Translations under genes and position numbers: made by a program
Notes under the pieces: model-generated
Told to the model about the DNA's origin: nothing
The model's database searches: none
Seen by the model: only the letters and a program-made list of their open reading frames with translations
Part shown: piece after piece, positions 11,381 through 22,705 of the stretch
How the letters are laid out: each line of letters begins with the position of its first letter
Position numbering within the stretch: the stretch's first letter is position 1
From: Candidatus Krumholzibacteriia bacterium
Lineage (GTDB): Bacteria > Krumholzibacteriota > Krumholzibacteriia > LZORAL124-64-63
Length of the DNA: 64,000 nt
Direction of reading: 5' to 3'
Assembly: GCA_050174015.1 (NCBI GenBank)
Contig: JBFXKG010000009.1
Coordinates: forward strand, 64,001-128,000

Positions 11381-12211
11381 ATGGCAATCAGGAAACTCAA
11401 GCCCGTGACGCCGACCCAGCGGTTCCGGACCGTCGCGGATTTCAGCGAGATAACCAGGACCGAGCCGGAGAAGTCCCTGCTCGAGCCCCTGCGCAAGAAG
11501 GGCGGCCGCAACAACAACGGCCGCATCACGGTGCGGCGGCGGGGCGGCGGCCACAAGCGGCGCTACCGCAAGATCGACTTCAAGCGGACCAAGCACGGCG
11601 TGCCGGCGAAGGTCTTCAGCGTGGAGTACGATCCCAACCGCAGCGCCCGCATCTGCCTCCTCCACTTCGTGGACGGGGAGAAGCGTTACATCCTGTGGCC
11701 CAAGGGCCTGAAGGTCGGCGACGAGGTCCTTTCGGGGCCCCAGTCCCCCTTCAACACCGGCAACGCGCTGCCCCTGGAGAGGATTCCCCTGGGCACGCTG
11801 GTGCACAACGTCGAGCTGACCATCGGCAAGGGCGGCCAGCTGGCCCGCAGCGCCGGCTCCTACGCCCAGGTCATGGCGAAGGAAGGCGACTACGCCACCC
11901 TGCGCCTGCCCAGCGGCGAGGTCCGCATGGTCCACCGCAAGTGCTATGCGACCATCGGCGAGGTCGGCAACGCCGAGCATGAGAACGTGGTCAGCGGCAA
12001 GGCCGGGCGTTCGCGCTGGCTGGGCATGCGGCCCAAGGTGCGCGGCGTGGCCATGAATCCCGTCGATCACCCGCACGGCGGCGGCGAGGGCCGCACCAGC
12101 GGCGGCCGCCATCCGGTGACCCCCTGGGGCATGCCCACCAAGGGGTTCAAGACGCGCAAGAAGCAGCCTTCGGATGCCTTCATCGTGCGGCGCCGCAAGG
12201 TCAAGAAGTAG
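11381..12211 (+). CDS. rplB: 50S ribosomal protein L2
   Basis: [10 protein letters not shown]...EYDPNRSA...[17 protein letters not shown]. Confidence 0.99.
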   Translation: MAIRKLKPVTPTQRFRTVADFSEITRTEPEKSLLEPLRKKGGRNNNGRITVRRRGGGHKRRYRKIDFKRTKHGVPAKVFSVEYDPNRSARICLLHFVDGEKRYILWPKGLKVGDEVLSGPQSPFNTGNALPLERIPLGTLVHNVELTIGKGGQLARSAGSYAQVMAKEGDYATLRLPSGEVRMVHRKCYATIGEVGNAEHENVVSGKAGRSRWLGMRPKVRGVAMNPVDHPHGGGEGRTSGGRHPVTPWGMPTKGFKTRKKQPSDAFIVRRRKVKK

Positions 12212-12255
12212 CAGGCCGGAGCAGTCGTTCCGTTCAGAAGTGAGGATGAGAAGGT

Positions 12256-12519
12256 ATGGCGAGATCAATCAAGAAGGGGCCCTTCATTCAAGAGTCTCTC
12301 CTGGCCAAGATCGAGGACCTGAACAGCAAGAGCGAGAAGCGGGTCGTCAAGACCTGGTCCCGCCGCTCGACGATCGTTCCGGAGTTTCTCGGTCACACCA
12401 TCGCCGTCCACAACGGCCGGCAGTTCGTGCCCGTTTACGTCCAGGAAAACATGGTGGGACACAAGCTCGGTGAATTCGCCCCGACCCGTACGTACCGCGG
12501 GCACACCAGCAAGAAGTAG
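12256..12519 (+). CDS. rpsS: 30S ribosomal protein S19
   Basis: [10 protein letters not shown]...TWSRRS...[12 protein letters not shown]. Confidence 0.98.
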   Translation: MARSIKKGPFIQESLLAKIEDLNSKSEKRVVKTWSRRSTIVPEFLGHTIAVHNGRQFVPVYVQENMVGHKLGEFAPTRTYRGHTSKK

Positions 12520-12532
12520 CGGAGGTTGACCG

Positions 12533-12880
12533 ATGGAGGCACGAGCCGTCTCCCGACACATCCGGATCTCGGCCCGCAAGGCCCGCCTGGTGGCGGACCT
12601 GATCCGGGGCAAGAGCGTGGACGAAGCGCTGGGCATCCTGGCGCTGACGCCGAAGAAGGCCTCCCCCATCCTGCGCAAGGTGGTGCTCTCGGCGAGCGCC
12701 AACGCCAGGGACAAGAGCGAGGGGGAGCGCAAGGTGAAGGACGCCGATCTCTTCATCAAGGAGATCCGGGTCGATGAAGGTCCGACGCTCAAGCGGATCC
12801 GTCCGCGGGCCCAGGGCCGGGCTTACCGCATCAACAAGCGGACCAGCCACGTGCAGGTCACGGTGGGCACCGGTCGCTGA
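12533..12880 (+). CDS. rplV: 50S ribosomal protein L22
   Basis: [16 protein letters not shown]...RPRAQGRA...KRTSH. Confidence 0.98.
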   Translation: MEARAVSRHIRISARKARLVADLIRGKSVDEALGILALTPKKASPILRKVVLSASANARDKSEGERKVKDADLFIKEIRVDEGPTLKRIRPRAQGRAYRINKRTSHVQVTVGTGR

Positions 12881-12972
12881 CCGGAGGATACCCGCCCGGC
12901 TGCGGTAACTGCGGCGCCGCAGCGCAGATGAGAACCGGCGCCCCTCCGGGGGCAGCCCAAGGAAGGATGAGC

Positions 12973-13647
12973 ATGGGTCAGAAAACGCATCCGATCGGAT
13001 TCCGCCTGGGGATCGTCAAGGACTGGAACTCGGCCTGGTTCAGCGACAAGCACTTCGCCGACTGGTTGAACGAGGACCTGTTGCTGCGGAAGTACCTGAT
13101 GGCCCGCGTCGGCAACGCCGGCGTCGAGTCCATCAAGATCAAGCGGTACCGGGAGAGGGTGAACATCATCATCGCCACCAGCCGCCCCGGCGTCGTCATC
13201 GGCAAGAAGGGCGTGAAGGCGGATCAGCTGCGCGCCGAGCTGCAGAAGATGATCGGCAAGAACGTCAAGCTGGACGTCGAGGAGGTCAAGAAGCCCGAGC
13301 TGAGCGCTCCCCTGGTCGCCGACCACATCGCCGCCCAGCTCGAGGGCCGCGTCGCCTTCCGCCGGGCCATGAAGAAGTCGATCGCCACGGCCATGCGGAT
13401 GGGGGCCAAGGGGATCAAGATCCGCTGCGCCGGCCGCCTGGGCGGGGCCGAGATGGCCCGGACCGAGAGCTACCATGACGGGAGCGTGCCCCTGCACACC
13501 CTGCGCGCGGACATCGACTACGGGACGGCGACGGCCCGGACCCAGTACGGCGCCATCGGGGTGAAGGTCTGGATCTGCAAGGGGGAGATCTTCCCGGCGG
13601 AATTCAAGGACCAGCTGCGCAAGCAGGTTGTGGAACAGCGAGCCTGA
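12973..13647 (+). CDS. rpsC: 30S ribosomal protein S3
   Basis: [13 protein letters not shown]...[10 protein letters not shown]...[12 protein letters not shown]. Confidence 0.98.
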   Translation: MGQKTHPIGFRLGIVKDWNSAWFSDKHFADWLNEDLLLRKYLMARVGNAGVESIKIKRYRERVNIIIATSRPGVVIGKKGVKADQLRAELQKMIGKNVKLDVEEVKKPELSAPLVADHIAAQLEGRVAFRRAMKKSIATAMRMGAKGIKIRCAGRLGGAEMARTESYHDGSVPLHTLRADIDYGTATARTQYGAIGVKVWICKGEIFPAEFKDQLRKQVVEQRA

Positions 13648-13739
13648 TCCGGTGCCCTGCACCGGGTCCGCGGGACTGACCGGATAGAAGGTCTTGGGCG
13701 AAGCCCCGGAGGCGGCCCAGAACACAAGGACGACGAACC

Positions 13740-14153
13740 ATGTTGATGCCGAAGCGCACCAAGTACAGGAAGATGATGAAGGGCAAGCGGCGAGGCCTGG
13801 CCCACCGCGGCTCCACCATCGCCTTCGGGGACTACGGCCTGCAGGCCCTCGATTGCGGCTGGATCACCAGCCGGCAGATCGAGGCCACCCGTGTCGCCAT
13901 CACCCGCCGGATGAAGCGTATGGGCCAGGTGTGGATCCGCGTCTTCCCGGACAAGCCGATCACCCTGAAGCCCGCCGAGACCCGCATGGGCAAGGGCAAG
14001 GGCGCCCCCGAGTACTGGGTCGCCGTGGTCAAGCCCGGCCGGATCCTCTTCGAGATCAACGGAGTGGACCTGGCGCTGGCCAAGAAGGCCCTGGCCCTCG
14101 GCGCCGCCAAGCTGCCGTTCAAGACCCGGATCATCAGCAGGCTGGGAGAGTAG
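13740..14153 (+). CDS. rplP: 50S ribosomal protein L16
   Basis: [11 protein letters not shown]...RMGKGKG...KLPFKT. Confidence 0.98.
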   Translation: MLMPKRTKYRKMMKGKRRGLAHRGSTIAFGDYGLQALDCGWITSRQIEATRVAITRRMKRMGQVWIRVFPDKPITLKPAETRMGKGKGAPEYWVAVVKPGRILFEINGVDLALAKKALALGAAKLPFKTRIISRLGE

Positions 14154-14155
14154 TC

Positions 14156-14353
14156 ATGAGGAAAGCGAGCGAACTGCGGGACCTGTCCCTCGAGGAGCTG
14201 GAGAGCATCGAGAGGGAGAAGTCCGAAGAGCTGATGAACACGAAGATCCAGCTCAAGTTGCGTCATCTGGATAATCCCCTGCAGGTGCGGGAGGCTCGCC
14301 GCGAGCTGGCCGTCGTCAAGACGGTCATCAACCAGAAGAGGGCCGCCCGGTAG
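14156..14353 (+). CDS. rpmC: 50S ribosomal protein L29
   Basis: KASELRDLSLEEL...LDNP...RRELAVVKTV; position between rplP and rpsQ. Confidence 0.95.
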   Translation: MRKASELRDLSLEELESIEREKSEELMNTKIQLKLRHLDNPLQVREARRELAVVKTVINQKRAAR

Positions 14354-14412
14354 GGTGAACAAGGTCGGCCCCCCGGTCCCCGAGGGCCGGTGCGGCCAAG
14401 GAGAAGGTCAAG

Positions 14413-14676
14413 ATGGCTAACACTGAACGGAACCTGAGGGCGACGAGGATCGGCGAGGTCGTTTCCGACAAGATGGACAAGACCGTCGTGATCAAGGTCA
14501 GCCGGCGTTTCCCTCATCCTCTGTACAAGCGGATCATCACGCGGACGGCAAAGCTCGTCGCCCACGACGAGGAAAACACCTGCCACGTGGGTGACATCGT
14601 CAGGGTCATGGCCACCCGCCCGATTTCCAAGCGCAAGCGCTGGCGCGTCTCGGAAGTTCTGGAACGGGCGAAGTAA
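14413..14676 (+). CDS. rpsQ: 30S ribosomal protein S17
   Basis: [13 protein letters not shown]...HPLYKR...[10 protein letters not shown]. Confidence 0.98.
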   Translation: MANTERNLRATRIGEVVSDKMDKTVVIKVSRRFPHPLYKRIITRTAKLVAHDEENTCHVGDIVRVMATRPISKRKRWRVSEVLERAK

Positions 14677-14709
14677 ACCCGGGGCGATCGAGCCCGGAGG
14701 AATGGTGCA

Positions 14710-15081
14710 ATGATTCAGGAATACACGAAACTGGTAATCGCGGACAACTCCGGCGCCAAGACGGCGCAGACGATCCGCATCCTGGGCGGGAGCAAGCGTC
14801 GCTATGCCCGCGTGGGGGACATCGTGGTGGCGTCCGTGAAGACGGCCATCCCCAACGGCAACGTCAAGAAGGGCCAGGTCGTCAAGTGCGTCATCGTGCG
14901 CACGGCCAAGGAAGTGGGGCGCAAGGACGGCTCCTACATCCGCTTCAGCGACAACGCCGCGGTGATCCTGCAGGGCGACACCCAGGAGCCCGTGGGGACG
15001 CGCATCTTCGGCCCCGTCGCCCGGGAGCTGCGCGACAAGAAGTTCATGAAGATCGTTTCCCTGGCCCCGGAGGTCCTGTAA
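14710..15081 (+). CDS. rplN: 50S ribosomal protein L14
   Basis: MIQ...ADNSGAK...[13 protein letters not shown]...SLAPEVL. Confidence 0.98.
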   Translation: MIQEYTKLVIADNSGAKTAQTIRILGGSKRRYARVGDIVVASVKTAIPNGNVKKGQVVKCVIVRTAKEVGRKDGSYIRFSDNAAVILQGDTQEPVGTRIFGPVARELRDKKFMKIVSLAPEVL

Positions 15082-15395
15082 TGAGGATCAAGAAGAACGA
15101 CCTGGTCAGGGTCATGACCGGCAACGACCGGGGCAAGGAGGGGAAGGTCCTGAAGGTCTTCCCGGAGAAGAACCGGATCATCGTGGAGAAGGTCAACCTG
15201 ATCAAGCGCCATACCCGGGCCAGCCGTGACGTGCCCCAGGGCGGCATCATCGAGAAGGAAGGCCCGATCAACGCTTCGAACGTCATGCTGGTCTGCCCCA
15301 ATACCGGGAAGCCGACCCGCATCGGCAAGGACATCCTCTCTGACGGTAGCCGCGCTCGCGTCAGCAAGAAGAGCGGCGAAATGCTGAACGACTAG
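15081..15395 (+). CDS. rplX: 50S ribosomal protein L24
   Basis: TAATG overlap; MRIKKNDLV...GKEGKV...[15 protein letters not shown]. Confidence 0.97.
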   Translation: MRIKKNDLVRVMTGNDRGKEGKVLKVFPEKNRIIVEKVNLIKRHTRASRDVPQGGIIEKEGPINASNVMLVCPNTGKPTRIGKDILSDGSRARVSKKSGEMLND

Positions 15396-15421
15396 TTCCG
15401 CAGGTAGGAAGGAATGGAGAT

Positions 15422-15973
15422 ATGGCTGCTGCAGTGAAACCCCGCCTGCGGGAAATCTATGAGCAGGAAGTGGCTGCGGCCCTGCAGGAGAAGTTCGGCT
15501 TCGCCAGTCCCATGCAGGTGCCCAGGCCGGTCAAGGTCGTGATCAACATGGGCCTGGGCCGCGCCTTCAACAACCCCAAGATCATCGAGACCGCCATCGA
15601 GGAGCTGGGGATCATCACGGGCCAGAAGGCCGTGCCGACCAAGGCCCGCAAGTCCATCTCGAACTTCAAGGTTCGCGAGGGCATGAACATCGGCGCCCGG
15701 GTCACCCTGAGGGATCGGCGCATGTGGGAGTTCCTCGACCGGTTCATCAACTTCGGCCTGCCGCGCATCCGGGACTTCCGGGGCGTGCCCGCCAAGTTGA
15801 GCGGCAGCGGGGACTACACCCTGGGCCTGAAGGATCAGGTGATCTTTCCGGAGATCGAATACGACAAGATCGACGAGCCCCGGGGCATGAACATCACCAT
15901 CGTCACGACGGCCAAGAACGACGAGGAAGGTCGCGAACTGTTGCGGCTCCTGGGTATGCCGTTCCGGCGCTAA
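15422..15973 (+). CDS. rplE: 50S ribosomal protein L5
   Basis: ITGQKA...[10 protein letters not shown]...LPRIRDFRG...GMPF. Confidence 0.98.
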   Translation: MAAAVKPRLREIYEQEVAAALQEKFGFASPMQVPRPVKVVINMGLGRAFNNPKIIETAIEELGIITGQKAVPTKARKSISNFKVREGMNIGARVTLRDRRMWEFLDRFINFGLPRIRDFRGVPAKLSGSGDYTLGLKDQVIFPEIEYDKIDEPRGMNITIVTTAKNDEEGRELLRLLGMPFRR

Positions 15974-15986
15974 GGAGGAAGAAAGA

Positions 15987-16172
15987 GTGGCCAGGAAATC
16001 ACTGATCGCCAAGGCCCAGCGTAAGCCCAAATTCAAGGTTCGGGCTTACAACCGCTGCCGCCGTTGCGGCCGGCCCCGCGGTTACCTGAGGAAATTCGGC
16101 ATTTGCCGTATCTGTTTCCGGCAGCTCGCCCTCAACGGCGACATCCCGGGTGTCACCAAGGCCAGCTGGTAG
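15987..16172 (+). CDS. rpsN: 30S ribosomal protein S14, zinc-binding (type Z)
   Basis: 61 aa; RCRRCGR...ICRICFR...PGVTKASW. Confidence 0.97.
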   Translation: MARKSLIAKAQRKPKFKVRAYNRCRRCGRPRGYLRKFGICRICFRQLALNGDIPGVTKASW

Positions 16173-16192
16173 AGCGAACCAGGAGCGAGATC

Positions 16193-16600
16193 ATGAGCAT
16201 GACCGATCCCATTGCGGATATGTTGACCCGCATCCGGAATGCCATCCAGGCAGGTCACCGGAAGGTCGACATCCCGGCCTCCAGCCAGAAGCGGGCCATG
16301 GCCCAGCTGCTGCAGGAGCAGGGATACATCGAGAAGTTCGAGTTCGTCAACGACAACGCCCAGGGCACGCTGCGCCTCGTCCTGAAGTACTACAACAAGG
16401 ACGGGAAGCGGACCGGCGTCATCGAGGGGATCCGGCGGGTCAGCCGTCCCGGCCGGCGGATCTTCGCGGGCAAGGACAGCATCCCCAAGGTTTGCGGCGG
16501 GTACGGGATCGCCATCCTGTCCACGAACCAGGGCATTCTCACGGGCCACCAGTGCCGGATGCGGGGCGTCGGCGGCGAGGTGCTCTGCGAGGTCTGGTAA
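16193..16600 (+). CDS. rpsH: 30S ribosomal protein S8
   Basis: MSMTDPIADMLTRIRNA...SRPGRR...GGEVLCEVW. Confidence 0.98.
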   Translation: MSMTDPIADMLTRIRNAIQAGHRKVDIPASSQKRAMAQLLQEQGYIEKFEFVNDNAQGTLRLVLKYYNKDGKRTGVIEGIRRVSRPGRRIFAGKDSIPKVCGGYGIAILSTNQGILTGHQCRMRGVGGEVLCEVW

Positions 16601-16662
16601 CCCCAGCAGTCATTGTTCGGGACGGGATCACTGGAATCGTTCCGGAATGTCGGAGGAAAACG

Positions 16663-17202
16663 ATGTCGCGCATTGGCAAGAACCCGATTCCCCTGCCCAC
16701 CGGGGTGACCGTCGCCATCGACGGGAACACCTCCATCGTGAAGGGCCCCAAGGGTGAACATCGGCAGCACATTCCCGGGGGCCTGGCCTTCGAGGAGAAG
16801 GATGGGCACTACCACGTGACGTGCCCCGAGGAGTCCAAGGCCTTGCGGGCCCGCCACGGCCTGGTACGGGCCCTGATCGCCAACCAGGTGGTCGGCGTGA
16901 CCGAGGGCTTCACCAAGAAGCTCGAGATCATCGGCGTGGGCTACCGGGCCGATGTCAAGGGCAAGGTGCTGGACCTGCAGCTGCAGTTCAGCCACCCGGT
17001 GGCTTACCCGATTCCCGAGGACGTGACCATCACCTGCCCGGACAACACGCACATCCACGTGTCCGGCGTCGACAAGCAGCGCGTCGGCCAGGTGGCCGCG
17101 GAGATCCGCTCCTACCGCAAGCCCGAGCCCTACAAGGGCAAGGGAATCCGGTACGAGGGTGAGGAAATCGTCAGGAAGGCCGGTAAGGCGGCCGGCAAGT
17201 AG
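16663..17202 (+). CDS. rplF: 50S ribosomal protein L6
   Basis: MSRIGKNPI...GVGYRA...RKPEPYKGKGIRY. Confidence 0.98.
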   Translation: MSRIGKNPIPLPTGVTVAIDGNTSIVKGPKGEHRQHIPGGLAFEEKDGHYHVTCPEESKALRARHGLVRALIANQVVGVTEGFTKKLEIIGVGYRADVKGKVLDLQLQFSHPVAYPIPEDVTITCPDNTHIHVSGVDKQRVGQVAAEIRSYRKPEPYKGKGIRYEGEEIVRKAGKAAGK

Positions 17203-17229
17203 GGCCCGCCAGGACCGCAGGAGACGACA

Positions 17230-17604
17230 ATGAACAGTGCCAGCAGTAAACGGATCAATGCCCGGCTCAAGCGGAAGATCGGCATCCGCAAGAAGATCCA
17301 GGGAACCGCGGAGCGGCCCCGGGTCACGGTGTTCAGGAGCCACAGGAACATCTACGCCCAGGTCGTGAACGACGCCGAGGGCGCCACCCTCCTGGCCTGC
17401 GACGGCAAGCGCGCGGCCCAGGTGGCGGTTCCCGAGGGTGTCGCCGGCAAGTGCGCCCAGGCCTACCTGGTGGGGCGCGCCGTCGCCGAGAAGGCCAAGG
17501 AGAAGGGGATCGCCGCGATGGTTTTCGACCGCAACGGCTATCTCTACCACGGGCGCGTCGCCGCCTTGGCCCGGGGACTCCGGGACGGCGGCATCGAGGT
17601 CTAG
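17230..17604 (+). CDS. rplR: 50S ribosomal protein L18
   Basis: RPRVTVFRS...IYAQVV...VFDRNGYLYHGRV. Confidence 0.97.
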   Translation: MNSASSKRINARLKRKIGIRKKIQGTAERPRVTVFRSHRNIYAQVVNDAEGATLLACDGKRAAQVAVPEGVAGKCAQAYLVGRAVAEKAKEKGIAAMVFDRNGYLYHGRVAALARGLRDGGIEV

Positions 17605-17648
17605 ACCCAGTCCGGCGGCAGCCGGTCAGTTGAACAGGAGCAAATCAG

Positions 17649-18398
17649 ATGGCGGAATTCTCGAATCAGCGGACAGGTGGACCGGGCCAGGGCGGTGGCG
17701 GTGGCCGTGGTCGTGGTCCCGGCGGCCCCGGCGGGCGTGGCCCCGGTGGGCCCGGCGGCCCCGGCGGGCGTGGCCCCGGCGGCCCGGATCGTGGACGCGG
17801 GCGCGGACCGGGCGGACCCCGGACCGAGAACCGTGACGCGGGCGCGGGCTCGGACATGCACGAGAACGTTATCAACATCAACCGCGTGGCCAAGGTGGTC
17901 AAGGGCGGGCGCCGCTTCAGCTTCAGCGCCATCGTCACCGTCGGTGACGGCAAGGGCAAGGTCGGCGTCGCCATGGGCAAGGCCAACGAAATCGCCGACG
18001 CCATCCGCAAGGGCAGCGAGGGGGCCCGCAGCTCCCAGATCTCCGTGGCGATGCAGGGGGACACGATCCCCTACCAGGTCGTCGGGAGATTCGGCGCCAG
18101 CCGCGTCCTGCTCAAGCCCGCCTCTCCGGGTACCGGGATCATCGCCGCCGGAGGCGTCCGGGCCATCCTGGAGGCGGCCGGCGTGAAGAACATCCTGACC
18201 AAGCAGCTGGGGTCCCGGAATCCCAACAACGTGGTCAAGGCGACCATGGACGGGCTCAAGCAGCTGCGCACGGTCGAGGATTTCGCCGCCAAGCGCGGAA
18301 TCAGCGTCCGCGAGGTGCTCGGCCTCGAGAAGAAGGCCCCGGCCCCGGCCGCCGAACCGGCCGTGAAGCCGGAGGAGGAGACGGCCAACAATGAGTGA
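17649..18398 (+). CDS. rpsE: 30S ribosomal protein S5 with long Gly/Pro/Arg N-terminal extension
   Basis: [16 protein letters not shown]...PGTGIIAAG...NVVKAT. Confidence 0.97.
   Translation: MAEFSNQRTGGPGQGGGGGRGRGPGGPGGRGPGGPGGPGGRGPGGPDRGRGRGPGGPRTENRDAGAGSDMHENVININRVAKVVKGGRRFSFSAIVTVGDGKGKVGVAMGKANEIADAIRKGSEGARSSQISVAMQGDTIPYQVVGRFGASRVLLKPASPGTGIIAAGGVRAILEAAGVKNILTKQLGSRNPNNVVKATMDGLKQLRTVEDFAAKRGISVREVLGLEKKAPAPAAEPAVKPEEETANNE
17718..17779 (+). repeat. 29-nt exact direct repeat (33-nt period) in the rpsE 5' extension
   Basis: CCCGGCGGCCCCGGCGGGCGTGGCCCCGG at 17718-17746 and 17751-17779. Confidence 0.85.
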
Positions 18399-18579
18399 CG
18401 CCAAGTTGAAGATCACCCAGGTCAAGAGCCTGATCGGGCGCCCGGAGAAGCACCGGCGCATCATCGAGGCCCTGGGAATCAAGCGGAATCAGACCTTCGT
18501 GGTGCACGATGATACCCCCGCGATCCGCGGCATGGTGTTCAAGGTCAAGCATCTGGTGACCGTGGAAGAGGTGAAGTAG
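18391..18579 (+). CDS. rpmD: 50S ribosomal protein L30
   Basis: [11 protein letters not shown]...ALGIK...[16 protein letters not shown]. Confidence 0.97.
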   Translation: MSDAKLKITQVKSLIGRPEKHRRIIEALGIKRNQTFVVHDDTPAIRGMVFKVKHLVTVEEVK

Positions 18580-18581
18580 CC

Positions 18582-19031
18582 ATGCTCAAGCTCAACAATC
18601 TCGGCGCCCCCAAGGGAGCCAACCGGGACAAGAAACGCCGCGGGCGGGGCCCCGGCTCCGGCCAGGGCAAGACCGGCGGGCGCGGCCACAAGGGCCAGAA
18701 GGCCCGGTCCGGCGGCGGCATCCCGCCCTGGTTCGAAGGCGGTCAGATGCCCCTGAACCGGCGGCTGCCCAAGCGCGGATTCACCAACATCTTCAAGAAG
18801 AGCTACCAGTTGGTGAACATCGAGGCCCTGGACGCCAGCTTCGACGCCGACGCCAGGATCGACGCCGTCGCCCTGGCGCAGGCCGGACTCGTCAAGTACG
18901 CGGACCGGCCCGTGAAGCTCCTGGGCAGGGGCACGGTTGAGAAGAAGTTCCAGCTGGAGGTCGCCAAGGCCAGCAAGAGCGCCGTGGCCGCCGTGGAATC
19001 AGCCGGCGGGTCCGTCACCGTCACCGGTTAA
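18582..19031 (+). CDS. rplO: 50S ribosomal protein L15
   Basis: RGRGPGSGQGKTGGRGHKGQKARSG...FEGGQMPL. Confidence 0.98.
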   Translation: MLKLNNLGAPKGANRDKKRRGRGPGSGQGKTGGRGHKGQKARSGGGIPPWFEGGQMPLNRRLPKRGFTNIFKKSYQLVNIEALDASFDADARIDAVALAQAGLVKYADRPVKLLGRGTVEKKFQLEVAKASKSAVAAVESAGGSVTVTG

Positions 19032-19069
19032 TCGGGTTTGGGTAACTTCAAGCCAAAGGAAGCTCTGCT

Positions 19070-20374
19070 TTGAACATCACCAGCAGCTACCGAAGCATGT
19101 TCAGGATACCGGAACTCAAGCGCCGGCTCCTGTTCACCGGCATGATCCTGCTGATCTACCGGCTGGGCGGGCACATCCCCACGCCCGGGATCAACCGCGC
19201 CGCCCTCGCCTCGTTCTTCGAGTCCCAGTCCGGATCGCTGATGGGGCTCTACGACATGTTCTCGGGGGGGAACCTGAGCAACGCCACCATCTTCGCCCTG
19301 GGCATCATGCCCTACATCAGCGCCTCGATCATCCTGCAGCTGATGCAGGCCGTGGTGCCGTATTTCGAGAAGCTGGCCAAGGAAGGTGAGGCGGGCCGGA
19401 AGAAGATCACCCAGTACACCCGACTGGGCACCGTCGGGCTGGCCCTGGTGCAGTCCTTCAGCATGGCCGCCGGACTCGAGCAGATGAGCGGCGGCATCGT
19501 CGCCCATCCCGGGATGGCCTTCAAGCTGTTGACCGCGGTGACCTTGACCGCGGGTACGGTCTTCGTCATGTGGCTGGGCGAGCAGATCACCGAGCGGGGC
19601 ATCGGCAACGGCATCTCCCTGATCATCTTCATCGGGATCGTGGCCAGGTACCCGACCGACATCCTGAACACCGGCCAGCAGCTGGCCAGCGGCGACATGC
19701 ACATCGTCAAGGCCCTGCTGATCGGGGTCTTCATGCTCTTCGTGATCGGCGGCATCATCGCCATCACGCAGGCCCAGCGGAAGATCCCCGTCCAGTACGC
19801 CAAGAAGATCGTGGGCCGCCGGGTCTACGGCGGAGCGAACACGCACATCCCCCTGAAGGTCAACACCGCCGGCGTGATCCCCATCATCTTCGCCCAGTCG
19901 ATCATCATGTTCCCCGGCACGCTGACGGCCATCTTTCCCGACAGCAGCTTCTTCACGACCCTGGGCATGCTGTTCCGTCCGCCCAATCCGGTCTACGTGA
20001 TCATCTACTCGGCCCTGATCATCCTGTTCGCCTACTTCTACACCGCGGTGATCCTGAACCCGGTCGACCTGGCGGACAACATGAAGAAGAACAGCGGCTT
20101 CATCCCCGGTGTGCGGCCGGGCAAGAAGACCGCCGAGTACATCGACCGGGTCCTGACCCGGGTCACCCTCCCGGGCGCGGTGTTCCTGGCGGTGATCGCC
20201 ATCCTGCCCGACCTGATGATCAGCCTGCTGAACGTGCCGTTCTATTTCGGCGGCACCGGCCTGCTGATCGTCGTGGGCGTCGCCCTGGACACCCTGCAGC
20301 AGATCGAATCCCACCTGGTGATGCGTCACTATGACGGGTTCATGAGCAAGGGCCGTCTGCGGGCGCGGAGGTAG
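19070..20374 (+). CDS. secY: Preprotein translocase subunit SecY
   Basis: IFALGIMPYISASII...WLGEQITERGIGNGISLII...FIPGVRPG...GGTGLLIVVGVALDT. Confidence 0.98.
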   Translation: MNITSSYRSMFRIPELKRRLLFTGMILLIYRLGGHIPTPGINRAALASFFESQSGSLMGLYDMFSGGNLSNATIFALGIMPYISASIILQLMQAVVPYFEKLAKEGEAGRKKITQYTRLGTVGLALVQSFSMAAGLEQMSGGIVAHPGMAFKLLTAVTLTAGTVFVMWLGEQITERGIGNGISLIIFIGIVARYPTDILNTGQQLASGDMHIVKALLIGVFMLFVIGGIIAITQAQRKIPVQYAKKIVGRRVYGGANTHIPLKVNTAGVIPIIFAQSIIMFPGTLTAIFPDSSFFTTLGMLFRPPNPVYVIIYSALIILFAYFYTAVILNPVDLADNMKKNSGFIPGVRPGKKTAEYIDRVLTRVTLPGAVFLAVIAILPDLMISLLNVPFYFGGTGLLIVVGVALDTLQQIESHLVMRHYDGFMSKGRLRARR

Positions 20375-21048
20375 TGATGAACATCGTCATCATGGGACCT
20401 CCGGGAGTGGGCAAGGGGACGCAGTCCCACGCCGTCACCGACAGCAAGGGTGTCGTTCACATCTCGACCGGGGACATCCTGCGGATGGGCGTCCGGAGCG
20501 GGAGCGAGCTGGGCCGGAAGGTCTACGACATCATGACCGCCGGCGACCTGGTGTCCGATGACCTGATGATGGAACTCGTGAAGGACCGTCTGTCCCGGGA
20601 TGACGTCAAGAACGGCTGGCTGCTGGACGGGTTCCCCCGGACCTACGTCCAGGCCGACGGCCTGATCGGGATGCTTGACGAGATCGGCCAGAAGATCGAT
20701 GCGGTCCTGGTGCTGCAGGCCCCGGCCGAGGAGATCGTCCGCCGGCTGGAGGGCCGCATCACCTGCCGGTCCTGCAACGAGGTGGCCAACCTGACGGGGT
20801 TCGCGGCGGTTCAGCCGAGGTTCTGCCCGTTCTGCGGGGCGAAGGAGGATCCCAAGCGCCCCGGCAAGCCCGCCCTCTACCAGCGGGCTGACGACAAGGA
20901 AGAGACCATCCGCCACCGGCTGGAGGTTTTCCGGAAACGGACCCTGCCCGCGGCCTGGAGGCTGGAGGAGCGGTACCCCCTGTACGAGATCGACGGCCTG
21001 GGCACGCCGGAAGAGGTGGGGGCGAGGATCGCCAGTGTCCTGGGGTAG
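20374..21048 (+). CDS. adk: Adenylate kinase (Zn-binding LID)
   Basis: GPPGVGKGTQ, HISTGD, LLDGFPRT, CRSC...CPFC, QRADD. Confidence 0.96.
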   Translation: MMNIVIMGPPGVGKGTQSHAVTDSKGVVHISTGDILRMGVRSGSELGRKVYDIMTAGDLVSDDLMMELVKDRLSRDDVKNGWLLDGFPRTYVQADGLIGMLDEIGQKIDAVLVLQAPAEEIVRRLEGRITCRSCNEVANLTGFAAVQPRFCPFCGAKEDPKRPGKPALYQRADDKEETIRHRLEVFRKRTLPAAWRLEERYPLYEIDGLGTPEEVGARIASVLG

Positions 21049-21823
21049 ACAGAACATCAAACTGAAGTCGGCTGCTCAGGTTGACAAAATGCAGGCCAGC
21101 GCCGAGATTTTGGCGTCCGTCTTCCTCGAACTCCGCAGGCTGGTCCGCCCCGGCGTGACCACCCTGGAGCTCGACGAGGCCATCGAAACCATGATCCGGG
21201 AAGCGGGCTGTGTCCCTTCTTTCAAGGGATATCACGGGTTCCCCGCGTCCGCGTGCATTTCGGTCAACGAGGAAGTCGTCCACGGCATACCCTCCCAGCG
21301 GGCCCTCGCCGAGGGCGACATCGTCGGGATCGACGTGGGCCTGATCAGGGACGGCTGGCATGCCGACAGCGCCGAGACCCTCCCCGTGGGGCGGGTGAGC
21401 GAGGAAGCCGCCGCCCTCCTGAGGGTGACCCGGGAATGCCTGGAGAGGGGCATCGCGGCCATCGTCCCCGGCGCGCGGATTTCGGCCATCGGGACGGCCA
21501 TCGAGTCCCACGCCAAGGCCCACGGCTTCTCGGTCGTGGAGTCCCTGGTGGGACACGGGATCGGACAGGACCTGCACGAGGATCCGCAGGTGCCGAACTT
21601 CAGATGCTTTACCATGCCGGATCCGGTCATGGAGGAGGGTCTGGTGATCGCCATCGAGCCGATGATCAATTGCGGGACCAAGCGGGTGAAGACGGCCCCC
21701 GACGAGTGGACGGTCATCACCGCGGACCGCGGACTTTCGGCTCATTTCGAGCATACGGTCGCAGTGACTTCCGCCGGGCCCCGCATCCTGACGCGGCGCG
21801 GCAGCGGAGTCGCCGCCTTCTGA
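21035..21823 (+). CDS. map: Type I methionine aminopeptidase
   Basis: [35 protein letters not shown]. Confidence 0.97.
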   Translation: MSWGRQNIKLKSAAQVDKMQASAEILASVFLELRRLVRPGVTTLELDEAIETMIREAGCVPSFKGYHGFPASACISVNEEVVHGIPSQRALAEGDIVGIDVGLIRDGWHADSAETLPVGRVSEEAAALLRVTRECLERGIAAIVPGARISAIGTAIESHAKAHGFSVVESLVGHGIGQDLHEDPQVPNFRCFTMPDPVMEEGLVIAIEPMINCGTKRVKTAPDEWTVITADRGLSAHFEHTVAVTSAGPRILTRRGSGVAAF

Positions 21824-21834
21824 AGGGCAGAGCG

Positions 21835-22053
21835 ATGGCGAAGGAAGAAGGAATCAGCGTAGAAGGAACCGTCGTCGAGGCCCTGCCCAACGCGATGTTC
21901 CGGGTGGAGCTGGAGAACAAGCACGTCGTGCTGGCCCACGTTTCGGGGAAGATGCGCATGCACTTCATCCGGATCCTGCCGGGCGACAAGGTAACGGTCG
22001 AGCTGTCCCCGTACGACCTGACCCGGGGCCGCATCACCTACCGCTACAAATAG
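21835..22053 (+). CDS. infA: Translation initiation factor IF-1
   Basis: MAKEE...[10 protein letters not shown]...SGKMR...[13 protein letters not shown]. Confidence 0.98.
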   Translation: MAKEEGISVEGTVVEALPNAMFRVELENKHVVLAHVSGKMRMHFIRILPGDKVTVELSPYDLTRGRITYRYK

Positions 22054-22103
22054 CAAGAGGTCGGGCGAGCGCTCCTCGGGGGCCGCCGACGGGAGGCACA
22101 GAG

Positions 22104-22217
22104 ATGAAGGTTCGCAGTTCGGTCAAGAAGATCTGCCCGAAATGCAAGGTTATCCGGCGCAAGGGTGTCGTGCGTGTGATCTGCGTGACGCGCCGCCACA
22201 ACCAGCGCCAGGGTTGA
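22104..22217 (+). CDS. rpmJ: 50S ribosomal protein L36 (too short for the ORF track)
   Basis: Manual translation [44 protein letters not shown]. Confidence 0.97.
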   Translation: MKVRSSVKKICPKCKVIRRKGVVRVICVTRRHNQRQG

Positions 22218-22308
22218 TCATCCGTTCTGATGGTCGGAATGGGGTCCGCGGCGGCGACGGCGCACTGGTCGCCCGGCGCGGATCCGGAGAAGGACGAAAG
22301 GAGCCATA

Positions 22309-22677
22309 GTGGCGCGCATTGCCGGTGTGGATATTCCTAACAACAAGAGGATCGGGACCTCGCTGACGTACATCTACGGCATCGGTGACTACCGTGCCGT
22401 CGAGATCTGCCGGAAGGCGAGCATCGACCCCGAGACCAAGACCAGGGATCTGACTGAAGAGCAGACCCGGTCGATCATCGGGATCCTCGACAAGGAATAT
22501 CAGGTCGAAGGTACCTTGCGTACCGAAAACGCCATGAACCTGCAGCGTCTGATGGACATCGGATGCTACAGGGGTCTGCGGCACAGGCGGAAGCTGCCTT
22601 GCCGGGGCCAGAACACCAAGAACAACGCCCGGACCCGTAAAGGCCCCAAGGGGCGTCCCGGAGCCAAGAAGAAGTAG
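22309..22677 (+). CDS. rpsM: 30S ribosomal protein S13
   Basis: [10 protein letters not shown]...LTYIYGIG...[24 protein letters not shown]. Confidence 0.98.
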   Translation: MARIAGVDIPNNKRIGTSLTYIYGIGDYRAVEICRKASIDPETKTRDLTEEQTRSIIGILDKEYQVEGTLRTENAMNLQRLMDIGCYRGLRHRRKLPCRGQNTKNNARTRKGPKGRPGAKKK

Positions 22678-22705
22678 ATCGTAAGGATCTGCCAGGAGGT
22701 TTGAC

